DNA of 64,000 bases from a virus. The stretch lies in the IMG/VR virus record IMGVR_UViG_3300022226_000002, positions 1 through 64,000 of that record; one strand, given 5' to 3'. Shown in pieces: positions 9,111 through 17,844 of the stretch. The translations under genes were made by a program, and so were the position numbers. Position 1 is the stretch's first letter. Each line of letters starts with the position of its first letter. The notes beneath the pieces were generated by a model. It made no database searches. It worked only from the letters and a program-made list of their open reading frames with translations, and was not told the DNA's origin.

Positions 9111-11051
9111 TCATGTAATCACAGGGATCGGGTCCATAAAGAACGTGTTGGCTTTGCCGCCTTCCTTGGTCTTGCAGTACCAGACTCGCAAATAGGCCAC
9201 TCCGGCTTGCGCGGGTGCGACCGTGACAGACAGAGCCGCCCATGCTGTCGAGCCGTTCATGTCGATGGTGCCCGTGCTCTTGGTGACCTTGCGGAAGTTG
9301 TTGGTTGCGTGCCCCCAGGCTGACAACTCAACCCAGAGTTCAGATGCCGTCGGGTCGGCGGTCCAGTCGGTAGTGGCTGTTGGACGGAAATAGATCTCGT
9401 ACGTTTTGCTGGCCGTGGTGGCGTAGATCGGGATGTCGAGGAGCTTCCATTTACCTCCACGCCAAGAGCCGCTACTTGAAAGCGTAGTTGTAGGCGTCAC
9501 CTTCACGGCAATCACACTACCACCACTGCGGACGGTACTCGTCTCCGACTGTACAGTTACTACATCTTCCTGCTTCGTTGTCGACCACTCGGTAAACTGT
9601 CTGCTGTCACTCGGGGTGCCGTTATAATCTTCAATCAACGTTCCATCGTTGTAGGTCTCAACCGCACTGTCCGACCCACTGAATATTACATTTCTACCGT
9701 AGTCTCTAGATACGTTCGTTGTCTGTGATCTCCAGTCGTCGACGCACCCAGCAAATTCAACCTGGGTCACTTCACATCCACCGTAGGTAATCAGCCCCAC
9801 GGAGGTAGCAACGGAATTGCAGTCGATTAAGCAGTTCTTTACCAAGCTCTGAGCCGCTACCTCAGCTCCGCCCAGCACGTTGTAGATGCGAGAGCCTTCA
9901 ACCAGTACCGGACTGTTAGTTACCGTGCCCTTGTTGCCGCCATTACCAGCGATTGTCAGGTTGGCAATATGAGCGCCTAGACTGCTGCTAACTTGTAGTG
10001 GGCCACTGAAGACGTCGCCATTGATTGTCAACCCGCTGAGTGTCCAATAATCATCCCCGTTCACCTGCACCCAAATAGTGCCGGAGATCGCGCTCCAGAA
10101 CGGCTTTGACTGCATATTGAATACAGTCTTACCACTTCCCGCATTGTTGCCGATATACGGTAGATAGAGCGTGACTGTGGTGGTTACAACTGTCTTGACC
10201 TCGTATGCGAATTCCTCCGAGTCGTCACCGCTCACGTAGATCACATCTCCTGCCGCCAACACGCCGGAAATGTCGCTGCTAAATGTGACGGTCTTGGAGC
10301 CAAACGTCAGCGTGGCCGTAGCCGTAACTGACAGATCGACATGGTCGCTCCATGCGTCATCATAGTCCGCTGTCAACACTAGCGGGGCCAGAATGGTTCC
10401 GTCAGAGGTAAAGGTGAGATTCGAGGCAGTGTCATACGCGGCCACTCTCCCGTTTCTCGCAATCGCAATGTCACCGGCGACCCTGGCGTTCTCACAGAAT
10501 TGATCGAACGACGCCCATGGAGAAGTTGTGGGATGTGTACCCGCATTCCCGTCATTGCCCGCATCCGAGTCGATGTAATAAGTGGTTCCTAGTATCTGTC
10601 TGCGACGTGCTGGAGGAACTCCAGTTGTACTTAAAGGGTTCCCATTGTCTTCCTTGTCGACGAGGACATATCCTCGTGCCCTTAGCGAACGCTCCTGTTG
10701 GATGCGGGCAATTGACTGCCGGAGTTTAGCAACCTTCCACTGCATCATTAACTCTTGCTCGGCAAACTGGTCGTTAATTGCAGATGCTAATGCGGGACCA
10801 GAAAGGACATCCTTCAGCTGCTCGTGAATCTCCCACTTCACGGCATCTGGAAAATCTTGATACTTGGCGTAATCTGCCTGAACACGAGCCAACTTGGCAA
10901 CGTGCATCTCGTCCATCTGGACAATCTGCCGGTTGTACTTGTGCTCCAGCGATTCCTGCTTGACGTCCTCTACCCAGTGATCATCCCGATAGGTCTGACG
11001 CTGGGTCTCCCACGCCTGGATCGCTGCTAGTTTTTCGGCTCGTGTCGGCAT
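9111..11051 (-). CDS. Tailspike/fibre-like protein with parallel beta-helix-like region
   Basis: Helical N-terminus, then TTYYIDSDAGNDGNAG and beta-helix-like repeats. Confidence 0.6.
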   Translation of the reverse strand: MPTRAEKLAAIQAWETQRQTYRDDHWVEDVKQESLEHKYNRQIVQMDEMHVAKLARVQADYAKYQDFPDAVKWEIHEQLKDVLSGPALASAINDQFAEQELMMQWKVAKLRQSIARIQQERSLRARGYVLVDKEDNGNPLSTTGVPPARRRQILGTTYYIDSDAGNDGNAGTHPTTSPWASFDQFCENARVAGDIAIARNGRVAAYDTASNLTFTSDGTILAPLVLTADYDDAWSDHVDLSVTATATLTFGSKTVTFSSDISGVLAAGDVIYVSGDDSEEFAYEVKTVVTTTVTLYLPYIGNNAGSGKTVFNMQSKPFWSAISGTIWVQVNGDDYWTLSGLTINGDVFSGPLQVSSSLGAHIANLTIAGNGGNKGTVTNSPVLVEGSRIYNVLGGAEVAAQSLVKNCLIDCNSVATSVGLITYGGCEVTQVEFAGCVDDWRSQTTNVSRDYGRNVIFSGSDSAVETYNDGTLIEDYNGTPSDSRQFTEWSTTKQEDVVTVQSETSTVRSGGSVIAVKVTPTTTLSSSGSWRGGKWKLLDIPIYATTASKTYEIYFRPTATTDWTADPTASELWVELSAWGHATNNFRKVTKSTGTIDMNGSTAWAALSVTVAPAQAGVAYLRVWYCKTKEGGKANTFFMDPIPVIT

Positions 11052-11072
11052 CTGTAATCAATCCTGTCCCTC

Positions 11073-11118
11073 AAAAATGCTTCCGGGGGCGCGCAGGCTG
11101 AACGCGCCCCCGGAAAGC
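11073..11118 (-). terminator. Intrinsic terminator
   Basis: TTCCGGGGGCGCG / CGCGCCCCCGGAA stem followed by GCATTTTT. Confidence 0.7.
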
Positions 11119-11150
11119 CACGCGAGCATTACTCGCACTGGGCGCAGGCC

Positions 11151-11981
11151 TTAATACAACTGGGCACAGGCCCACCAGTCGATATCGAGGTTGGCGGCCG
11201 TGGCATCTGCCGGAGCTAGCCCAATCGTCGGCTGCATGAAATCGGCATCAGCGTCGGGGAACGCGGCATTGGCGATTTCCGTTTCACCAATCTCGGCCTC
11301 CTTGACACCGTTCACGAACCACTCCAGCTTGCGGGGGTAGTTGTAGTACCTGAACCCGAGCTTCACCCATGTGTCGGCCACCAGAGTCTCGACGGTGTCC
11401 AGGTCGGTGTCCTGTGACCCATCCATGACGGTTCCGCCAGAAACAAGGTACACGGCATCCAGTGCCGTGCTTTCACCAACCAAGTGCTGGAACCCGACAA
11501 CATCGGTCGCGCCAAGAACATCGGCGGCGAACAACACGCCTGCGGTTCCCGCGCCACTAGCACCACCGTTGGCCAACCCGACAAAGAAGCCGTGATCGCC
11601 CGCCACAATCGCTGCGGCGTTCACCCTAATACGACACTCGAACGCAAGGTCCTTCTGGAAACGGAACGGCCCCACATCAAGAGCGTTCCCCAGCTGGAGA
11701 ACAGCCTCTTCAGCATCGGCATTTGCCGTGAGCCGAACAACACCGGGCGCGTCGACGGTGCTAGCTATCTGTGCGACAGTTGCACCGTTGGTCTCCAGAT
11801 GAACGTATCCGCCGGTCAGCGTCGTTTCGCTAAACGACAAGAAGTCGTCGAAGAATCCGTATGCCGGGTTGCCTTCACCTCTCGTCCGGAAGTACCCACT
11901 ACCACTCGGGCAGTTGATCTTGCCCCACACTCTTGACGAAGGCCCAATGCCTTCGGTGTCCTCAAAATAAATCTGTGTCAT
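11151..11981 (-). CDS. Putative capsid decoration/cement protein
   Basis: Directly after the major capsid gene; start MTQIYF at 11981 with GGAGG RBS; FFDDF N-terminal motif and beta-sandwich composition. Confidence 0.6.
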   Translation of the reverse strand: MTQIYFEDTEGIGPSSRVWGKINCPSGSGYFRTRGEGNPAYGFFDDFLSFSETTLTGGYVHLETNGATVAQIASTVDAPGVVRLTANADAEEAVLQLGNALDVGPFRFQKDLAFECRIRVNAAAIVAGDHGFFVGLANGGASGAGTAGVLFAADVLGATDVVGFQHLVGESTALDAVYLVSGGTVMDGSQDTDLDTVETLVADTWVKLGFRYYNYPRKLEWFVNGVKEAEIGETEIANAAFPDADADFMQPTIGLAPADATAANLDIDWWACAQLY

Positions 11982-12010
11982 TGGAAGACTCCCTCCAATA
12001 AAAGTAAGTG

Positions 12011-12046
12011 AAAAGCGGGGGGCGGGGTTTAGCGTCGCACCCCCCA
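12011..12046 (-). terminator. Intrinsic terminator after the major capsid gene
   Basis: GGGGGGTGCG...CGCCCCCC stem followed by GCTTTT. Confidence 0.55.
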
Positions 12047-12064
12047 ACGACGGCTAAGGAGCTC

Positions 12065-13183
12065 TTACGCAGTTTCAGTCACGGTTACCGTGCTGTAACC
12101 CCGGAAATTGGCCCGGCGGTTGAAGCACACGAGCTGCACACTGTCGTCCATCGCCCGAACTCGCACGTTGCTCATTTCGGGGTGCTGGAACGCCTTCCGC
12201 TTCCGCATCATGCGGCCGGCGGCGTAGTAACACTTGAACGACGCCCAGTTCACGCCCAGAATCACTCCGTCCGTGCGAGCGTTCGAGCTGGCGGAATTCG
12301 TCCAGGCAGGAATCCAGGTCATCGGAACGCCCCGGATGTAAACCACGCCGCTGTGCGCCGCCATGTCGTCACCGATGTTGTCGTTGCCCAACTGGAGCAA
12401 CCGGCGACCGGCAGCCAAACGGCTGTGTGTGGTCAGAAGTTCCCAATCGTGACGCTTCTGGTCCACGATGTCCGGTCGTTGAACCGGAGGCTGGAACTGG
12501 CAGAGGTCCATCGAATTGATGGTCTTCTCCACGAAATCTTCCCGGTCCACAACCGTGTAGGGGAACGTGCGGTTCCGCCACTGAGCGTATGTCACGGCGG
12601 AAATGCCACCGACACCGTTGGATGCCCACCCAACCGGCTCATAACCGTCGAACCCTTCTTCCGAATTGTTCTCGGTGAGCGAGTCGTCCGTCGCCGTGAT
12701 CCACCACAGCAGTGAAACAGGCGGGAACGGGGATTGCGTCGGACTGGAGGGCCCAGGCCCGAAGATCAAGTCTTCCATGCCGGTGTAAAACGACGTCACC
12801 AAATCCTGCTCGAGCGATTCGAGGTAGTCGTAAATCTGGCGGCCGCCGGTGCGGAAGATTTCCTCGTCAATGTCGTAGTGGTAGTTGTTGGTCGTGAGAC
12901 CCCACTTCAACTCGCCCTCGCTGAGTACGTTCACTCGACTTGAGGTATCCCGGTGATACAGACCGACAACCTGGAAGTTGTCGTTCGTGTTCACCTTGAC
13001 CTTCCACTTCGCCAGGGAAGTGCTCATCGTGTCCTTCTTCAGGTTGCCCGAAAAGAGACGCGATGCGTACTTGTACTCCTGCAGCGGCAGGGAGATGTCC
13101 TGCGCTGCCAGCCGCTCTTCACCAGCGAATTTCTCGTGAATACTTGCTACAAAATCATCAATTTGTTCAATGCCAAGCGCCAT
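12065..13183 (-). CDS. Major capsid protein
   Basis: 372 aa following the scaffold-like gene; VGGIS..TYAQWRN and C-terminal QLVCFNRR motifs of HK97-fold phage capsids. Confidence 0.8.
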   Translation of the reverse strand: MALGIEQIDDFVASIHEKFAGEERLAAQDISLPLQEYKYASRLFSGNLKKDTMSTSLAKWKVKVNTNDNFQVVGLYHRDTSSRVNVLSEGELKWGLTTNNYHYDIDEEIFRTGGRQIYDYLESLEQDLVTSFYTGMEDLIFGPGPSSPTQSPFPPVSLLWWITATDDSLTENNSEEGFDGYEPVGWASNGVGGISAVTYAQWRNRTFPYTVVDREDFVEKTINSMDLCQFQPPVQRPDIVDQKRHDWELLTTHSRLAAGRRLLQLGNDNIGDDMAAHSGVVYIRGVPMTWIPAWTNSASSNARTDGVILGVNWASFKCYYAAGRMMRKRKAFQHPEMSNVRVRAMDDSVQLVCFNRRANFRGYSTVTVTETA

Positions 13184-13199
13184 AAGGTCGCTCCTTTAT

Positions 13200-14231
13200 T
13201 CAGGCTCCGTCAAGCTCCCTGTAGAGACGATCAGCTTCGTCACGGGGGTCCTCCCGCGGATCTTGCGGTCGGGTCACCCCGCCTCCCTGCCGGCCGTTGC
13301 TCTGCTTGGAAATCTTGCGAGTCCGTTGTTTGATATCTTTCTTGCCGAGTTCATCCGCGAATACCATGCGGGCCACGCGGTTGACTAACGATTCGGTGAT
13401 CTCCGTTGGACGCCCCAATTGCTCCAGTCCTATCTGCTGCGCTTTCACCGCAACAATCAAGTCCTGTCGCCGCTGAAGCTGCTTGGGGGTTTCGTTGTCG
13501 GTCTTACCGAATAGATCGGTGTGACCCAACTTGTCAACCAAGTTGTCGAAGTGCTGTTCTTCGGCCCTGGCGGTAGATTCAATGAAATGCTCCTCCAGGA
13601 CTTCCAAACGCGACTCGTACTCCTGACGCTGAGAGTTGTAGTAGTCACGCATTCGCGTGAATTCCGCCACGATCTCCTCGTCGTACACCTCCTTGTCCAA
13701 CGTGACCTCGTACTGACCGCTTTCCCCGGTATCGGGGTCGTCAGGCGCGGGCGCGTCCTTCTTCGTAAACTGGCCCTTCTCGTTGCGAGTCTGGCCTGCG
13801 TCGCCTTCCGATTCGGCTAACGCCTTACGGCCGGCTTCTAACGCACTCTTGTCGAAAAGACGTAACGCCCGATCCAATTCCTCGCGACTGGCGAAATCGG
13901 CAATCTCCGATTCATCGATGCCATACGCGGCTGCCTCGGCTTTCACGTCGTCAGTCAACCATTCCTGGCCTTCTAACTCGTCGCCGGTATCCTCGCCTTC
14001 GTCGGTCTCGACGTCGGCGGTTTCACTGCCGGAATCTGTCTCGGCAGGTGTTTCTTTGTGTTTTGTGCTTCCAGGCTGCGGTGTGCTAGCCTGTTCGGAA
14101 GTGATCTGCGCGTCGGACTTCTCTTCGCCCTTGCGCTCGGCTTCGACTTCCTTCGCCACTTGCTCTGCGTAAGCCTGAATATCTTCGGTACTAGTGCCTT
14201 CGCTGACTTCGTTAAGGTCCGTCACTGCCAT
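13200..14231 (-). CDS. Capsid scaffolding protein
   Basis: Acidic coiled-coil ORF with RNEKGQF motif, between portal and capsid. Confidence 0.7.
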   Translation of the reverse strand: MAVTDLNEVSEGTSTEDIQAYAEQVAKEVEAERKGEEKSDAQITSEQASTPQPGSTKHKETPAETDSGSETADVETDEGEDTGDELEGQEWLTDDVKAEAAAYGIDESEIADFASREELDRALRLFDKSALEAGRKALAESEGDAGQTRNEKGQFTKKDAPAPDDPDTGESGQYEVTLDKEVYDEEIVAEFTRMRDYYNSQRQEYESRLEVLEEHFIESTARAEEQHFDNLVDKLGHTDLFGKTDNETPKQLQRRQDLIVAVKAQQIGLEQLGRPTEITESLVNRVARMVFADELGKKDIKQRTRKISKQSNGRQGGGVTRPQDPREDPRDEADRLYRELDGA

Positions 14232-14246
14232 TGAATCAATCTCCCG

Positions 14247-14627
14247 TTATTCTGGTTGCGAGCCAAACCGGTCGTCTGGGGTGTATACATCCGACCACGC
14301 ACCGTCCAAATTGACCTTGTTCCCGCGATACCGCTGCCAACCGCGAGCACCCTGATCTCCGTTGCAGGAATACTCCATCGCACCGTCATCTCGAATGTTG
14401 ACGCCAGTGAGCAGGCCGCGATCCTTTAGGGCTTGTAGTTTCCTTCGCTCCTCTGCCACTTGGTTCGGAAGCACACCCATCGAATCGGATATACGCGGTT
14501 TGTTTTGACGACACGCTGTCGCAATCATCGCCGGGGCGTCCAACCAGTCGTCCTTGGGGGGAAGCAACTTATCAAGTTCTTCCCGCGTCACTTGCTTGCC
14601 GTTGTACGTCAGAACGACCTTACTCAT
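14247..14627 (-). CDS. Hypothetical protein
   Basis: Likely start MSKVVLTY at 14627; position between portal and scaffold. Confidence 0.6.
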   Translation of the reverse strand: MSKVVLTYNGKQVTREELDKLLPPKDDWLDAPAMIATACRQNKPRISDSMGVLPNQVAEERRKLQALKDRGLLTGVNIRDDGAMEYSCNGDQGARGWQRYRGNKVNLDGAWSDVYTPDDRFGSQPE

Positions 14628-14631
14628 GCCA

Positions 14632-14832
14632 CTACTCTTTCGGGGAGTCGAACACAAATTCTGAATCCATCCAGTCCAATACTTCCTTGCACACAGCAAT
14701 CATCAGTTGGCCATTGGGTGAATTCTTGTCGAAGGCTCTGGTGTCCTCTCGCGCTTCATAGCCAAACCGTGGAGCCAGTCTCTCATACGACTCATGAAAA
14801 ACCTCGGCCACCTTTTCTGGCAATGGAATCAC
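14632..14832 (-). CDS. Small hypothetical protein
   Basis: 66 aa, overlaps the portal stop codon. Confidence 0.55.
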   Translation of the reverse strand: MIPLPEKVAEVFHESYERLAPRFGYEAREDTRAFDKNSPNGQLMIAVCKEVLDWMDSEFVFDSPKE

Positions 14833-16619
14833 GCCGGCCTCCTGTTCATTGCATTAGCCATCTGCCCGTTCACTTGAGAACCACCGCCCAGCAAGCTCTG
14901 GATCATGGCATTCGATCTCGCCTCCTGGGTGCCTCCCGTGGGGATATTCCGACGCACGGTTTCCCGTGATGTCACAGGACTCTGCCTGACCGTGTTCTGG
15001 TCGCCGCCCAACATCTCGGCCGGGTTGGCAAACGTGATGAAACGCTTGAATTCGGGGCGGTTCTTCAATCGGGCGATCTCATCGACAATTGCTTCTGCGT
15101 CCAGTGTCGCCCCAGACGCCTGGAACATCGGCCAAAGAGGTGCAAGTTGCTGGAGCGTCTGAAACAGCTCCTGCAGCTTCTGTTCGGGAGTCTTGAAGAC
15201 CATCGAGTACGGTTCCACTCGGAACTGATAGTCCTCGAATTCGCCCATGCGATAGTCGGGCGTCCAGTCTGAATTGACTTCAATACCGCTATTGCCGACG
15301 GGCATCGAAGAGTGCAACTCAAGCGTCTGGTCCTCCCACATCAACCTCCCAAGGTCCAAGATGGCATCCGAAGCAAACGACACAACCGACATCCGCATGT
15401 CGGCCACATTCTTCGACAGCTGACCGTGAATCAGTTCTTCCTGGCCTACCGTGGCCGACTGAGCGCCGAGGCCGCCCATCGCCTGAAGGTTTCCGGCTAA
15501 ACGGTCGTACTCGTCCTGAAGGAATGTAGCCAGCGCCATGTCCCGCTGATCGATGCCGCCCGTCTCAAACTGCTTGATCTGCTCTGGACTCTTGCCTCGA
15601 TACCACCCGTTTCGATCGGCAGTCCGCAGTCGTTCCGCATCGTCTTCCATTCCCGGCGGGTAGACGTTTACCACTCGATGTGCATCCGAATCCGATTCCA
15701 TCCTGCGATGTAGGCGATTCTGAAGATCGTGCATCCCCTTCAGGTTGATAGCTGGTGAAGTGGGAATCACATTGTCGGGAGTGTCGCCAAGAGACAGGAA
15801 CTTGTATGGCCCCGCCTGCGAACCCGTCCAATCGCGTTCGATCAGCGGTTCCAGGTCTTGCTGTTCGCACGCCATCGTGGCGATGGAATTGTTCTCCGCT
15901 ATCCATACATCCATCAGCCACAGCATCGGTTTCAGGTCGTCGTCTTCCGCTTGACCCCACTCCGAACCGATGTCGCGGGTTGCGCCTGTCTGGTCGTGAT
16001 GCTGCCGGCTGGTCGGCTTGAGCTTGTCTTTGACCTTCTTCGAGTACCCAGGCTCGTCCATGACTTTTTCGTAGTCGGCCCGGTAGCGATGCCCGCAGTA
16101 CCGCATCTTGGTCAGCTCTTTGGCGGGCATGTCCAAAATCAGGTCGTCCAACGAGACCCGATTCAGCCACGGCTCTCCAGGATCCAACCAGACATCCTCT
16201 TCCGATTCCAGCAGGCCGTGAAATCGCGTGTCCGTGTCGCGCATCATCACCACGCCACAGCCAAGACAGAAGAACGCATCCAGCACAATTTGCCGGAACG
16301 TCCTATCCAGATTCATGTCGCCGATGAGCTTGTTTAGATTGACCTCGAACCGTCGGGCGAACGGTAAGGTCTCCATCCGCGGCGTCGAGACCAGCACCTG
16401 CGGGTTGTTGGCGGCCAGAGCGACCGTATAAATGCGGGCCGTCTGGTTCATCAGGTTGACAAGCGTCTTGTTGTCAGCACCCGATGTGGAATACCACGAA
16501 CCCACGTAGTCTCTGATGAGAGTCTTGCGAACCCGGCGAAACGGTTCCATCGCCTCGCGGGACGAGCGAATGGCCTTCAGCAGTCGACCGCGCTTCTCGT
16601 CGTTGGCAAGATCAATCAT
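14829..16619 (-). CDS. Portal protein
   Basis: 596 aa downstream of terminase; TLVNLMNQ..ALAANNP, DAFFCLGCGVV and SATVGQEE motifs of P22-like portals. Confidence 0.8.
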   Translation of the reverse strand: MIDLANDEKRGRLLKAIRSSREAMEPFRRVRKTLIRDYVGSWYSTSGADNKTLVNLMNQTARIYTVALAANNPQVLVSTPRMETLPFARRFEVNLNKLIGDMNLDRTFRQIVLDAFFCLGCGVVMMRDTDTRFHGLLESEEDVWLDPGEPWLNRVSLDDLILDMPAKELTKMRYCGHRYRADYEKVMDEPGYSKKVKDKLKPTSRQHHDQTGATRDIGSEWGQAEDDDLKPMLWLMDVWIAENNSIATMACEQQDLEPLIERDWTGSQAGPYKFLSLGDTPDNVIPTSPAINLKGMHDLQNRLHRRMESDSDAHRVVNVYPPGMEDDAERLRTADRNGWYRGKSPEQIKQFETGGIDQRDMALATFLQDEYDRLAGNLQAMGGLGAQSATVGQEELIHGQLSKNVADMRMSVVSFASDAILDLGRLMWEDQTLELHSSMPVGNSGIEVNSDWTPDYRMGEFEDYQFRVEPYSMVFKTPEQKLQELFQTLQQLAPLWPMFQASGATLDAEAIVDEIARLKNRPEFKRFITFANPAEMLGGDQNTVRQSPVTSRETVRRNIPTGGTQEARSNAMIQSLLGGGSQVNGQMANAMNRRPA

Positions 16620-16939
16620 CGCTTCGTTCTTGGGTAATACCCCTTGGGAGTCGGAGGCCCAATCTTTCCGCCTTTCTTGCCATACCCAGAACCCTTCTTA
16701 AGCCTGGTCATTGGGACCTTATACTTGCGGCTTCGACGAGCGGGGGCATTGAACTCCTTCGCGGTGATGGGAATCGCCTTCCCCACCTCAGTCGGTCCTC
16801 TGGACACTAACTTATGCTTACCGTCCGGACCAACCTCGTACGTATCCATGGTGGCCTTATACATGGGCGTCCCCGAAGCGGCGGGCTTTCTCTTGGTGGT
16901 AGACGGGGATTTACCCTTCAGAGTCCTGTACTTAGGCAT
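16616..16939 (-). CDS. Small basic protein
   Basis: Lys/Arg-rich; start MPKYRT after GAGG; ATGA overlap with portal. Confidence 0.6.
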   Translation of the reverse strand: MPKYRTLKGKSPSTTKRKPAASGTPMYKATMDTYEVGPDGKHKLVSRGPTEVGKAIPITAKEFNAPARRSRKYKVPMTRLKKGSGYGKKGGKIGPPTPKGYYPRTKR

Positions 16940-16968
16940 CGCATCGCCTCGCATCAGAATGCGCAAAG

Positions 16969-17001
16969 AAAAAGGGAGGCTACGCTTTCGCGCTGCCTCC
17001 C
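16969..17001 (-). terminator. Terminator/attenuator hairpin upstream of the portal operon
   Basis: GGGAGGCAGCGC-GAAA-GCGTAGCCTCCC-TTTTT. Confidence 0.75.
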
Positions 17002-17063
17002 ATTAGGCTGCGATGAATGGGCATCTCACCGGGGATCAGCCGGTTGTGCCTTGCAAGACAACG

Positions 17064-17255
17064 CTAGGCGTTGCCTCCCTTTGTTGATTTTCCCGTCATG
17101 TGCTGCTGTGACAGCAACTGTCCTCTCGTGTTCGCGGCGTTTACGAGTGCCTGCGTGTACTTGAGTGCTTCATCTGCGGTGCTGTTTGTACGAATCCTGC
17201 CAGCCACAATGATGAATGCCTTGTCAGTGTGTTCAATCAACTCTTTCTCGTCCAT
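17064..17255 (-). CDS. Hypothetical protein
   Basis: 63 aa with strong GGAGGGAG RBS. Confidence 0.65.
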   Translation of the reverse strand: MDEKELIEHTDKAFIIVAGRIRTNSTADEALKYTQALVNAANTRGQLLSQQHMTGKSTKGGNA

Positions 17256-17320
17256 TCGGTTCTCCCTCCTGGTTTCACCTCAGGAATGGTTAGATCCAGA
17301 AAACCCCACTAGGGACCAAG

Positions 17321-17392
17321 TGGCAGCCACGGGAATCGAACCCGAAATCGTCGCCTTATGAGAGCGATCGAGGCCCAGCCTCGCCAGCTGCT
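17321..17392 (-). tRNA. Atypical tRNA with CAT anticodon (Met/Ile2-like)
   Basis: Cloverleaf AGCAGCT GG CGAG GCTGGGC CTCG A TCGCT CTCATAA GGCGA CGATT TCGGG TTCGATT CCCGT GGCTGCC A; 72 nt, no encoded CCA. Confidence 0.65.
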
Positions 17393-17844
17393 TCAGTATG
17401 TTTCAAATGAGAAAAACCGCCCATCATGGTGAGGTCGCCATTCATCCTGTCGTACTCGTCACTTAAACCCTTGGTTATCGTCTGTGGCGGAAGCTCCTCG
17501 CCTACCACAAACCAGTCGATATCAATTCCATGAGCGTCACGCATCCGAAACACAATCTCTGAATACAGCCTGCTCCCGTGGAGGCAAAAGCTGCGCCATG
17601 CCGTCTTTGCTTCCAGGTCCACTCTTTCAGTCATCGGCTGTCCGCCAAACGTGACTGAGTGCAAGCTGGCATCCGACCTCGTCCGAATAACCCAACTGTA
17701 CCCACCGCTCTTGATGGTGAATTCCGACTCCCAGGGATCCGGACGTTCAAAGCCGAGCGCCTTCAAGGGGCGAACTAACGGTGCCAGAAGCACACCTAAC
17801 AAGGCACCCCGGCGCGTCATCGTAAAGCGATCTGCTTCCATCAT
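17356..17844 (-). CDS. Hypothetical protein with twin-arginine-like signal
   Basis: TAATG coupling with the terL stop; TRRGALLGVLLAP N-terminus. Confidence 0.55.
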   Translation of the reverse strand: MMEADRFTMTRRGALLGVLLAPLVRPLKALGFERPDPWESEFTIKSGGYSWVIRTRSDASLHSVTFGGQPMTERVDLEAKTAWRSFCLHGSRLYSEIVFRMRDAHGIDIDWFVVGEELPPQTITKGLSDEYDRMNGDLTMMGGFSHLKHTEAAGEAGPRSLS

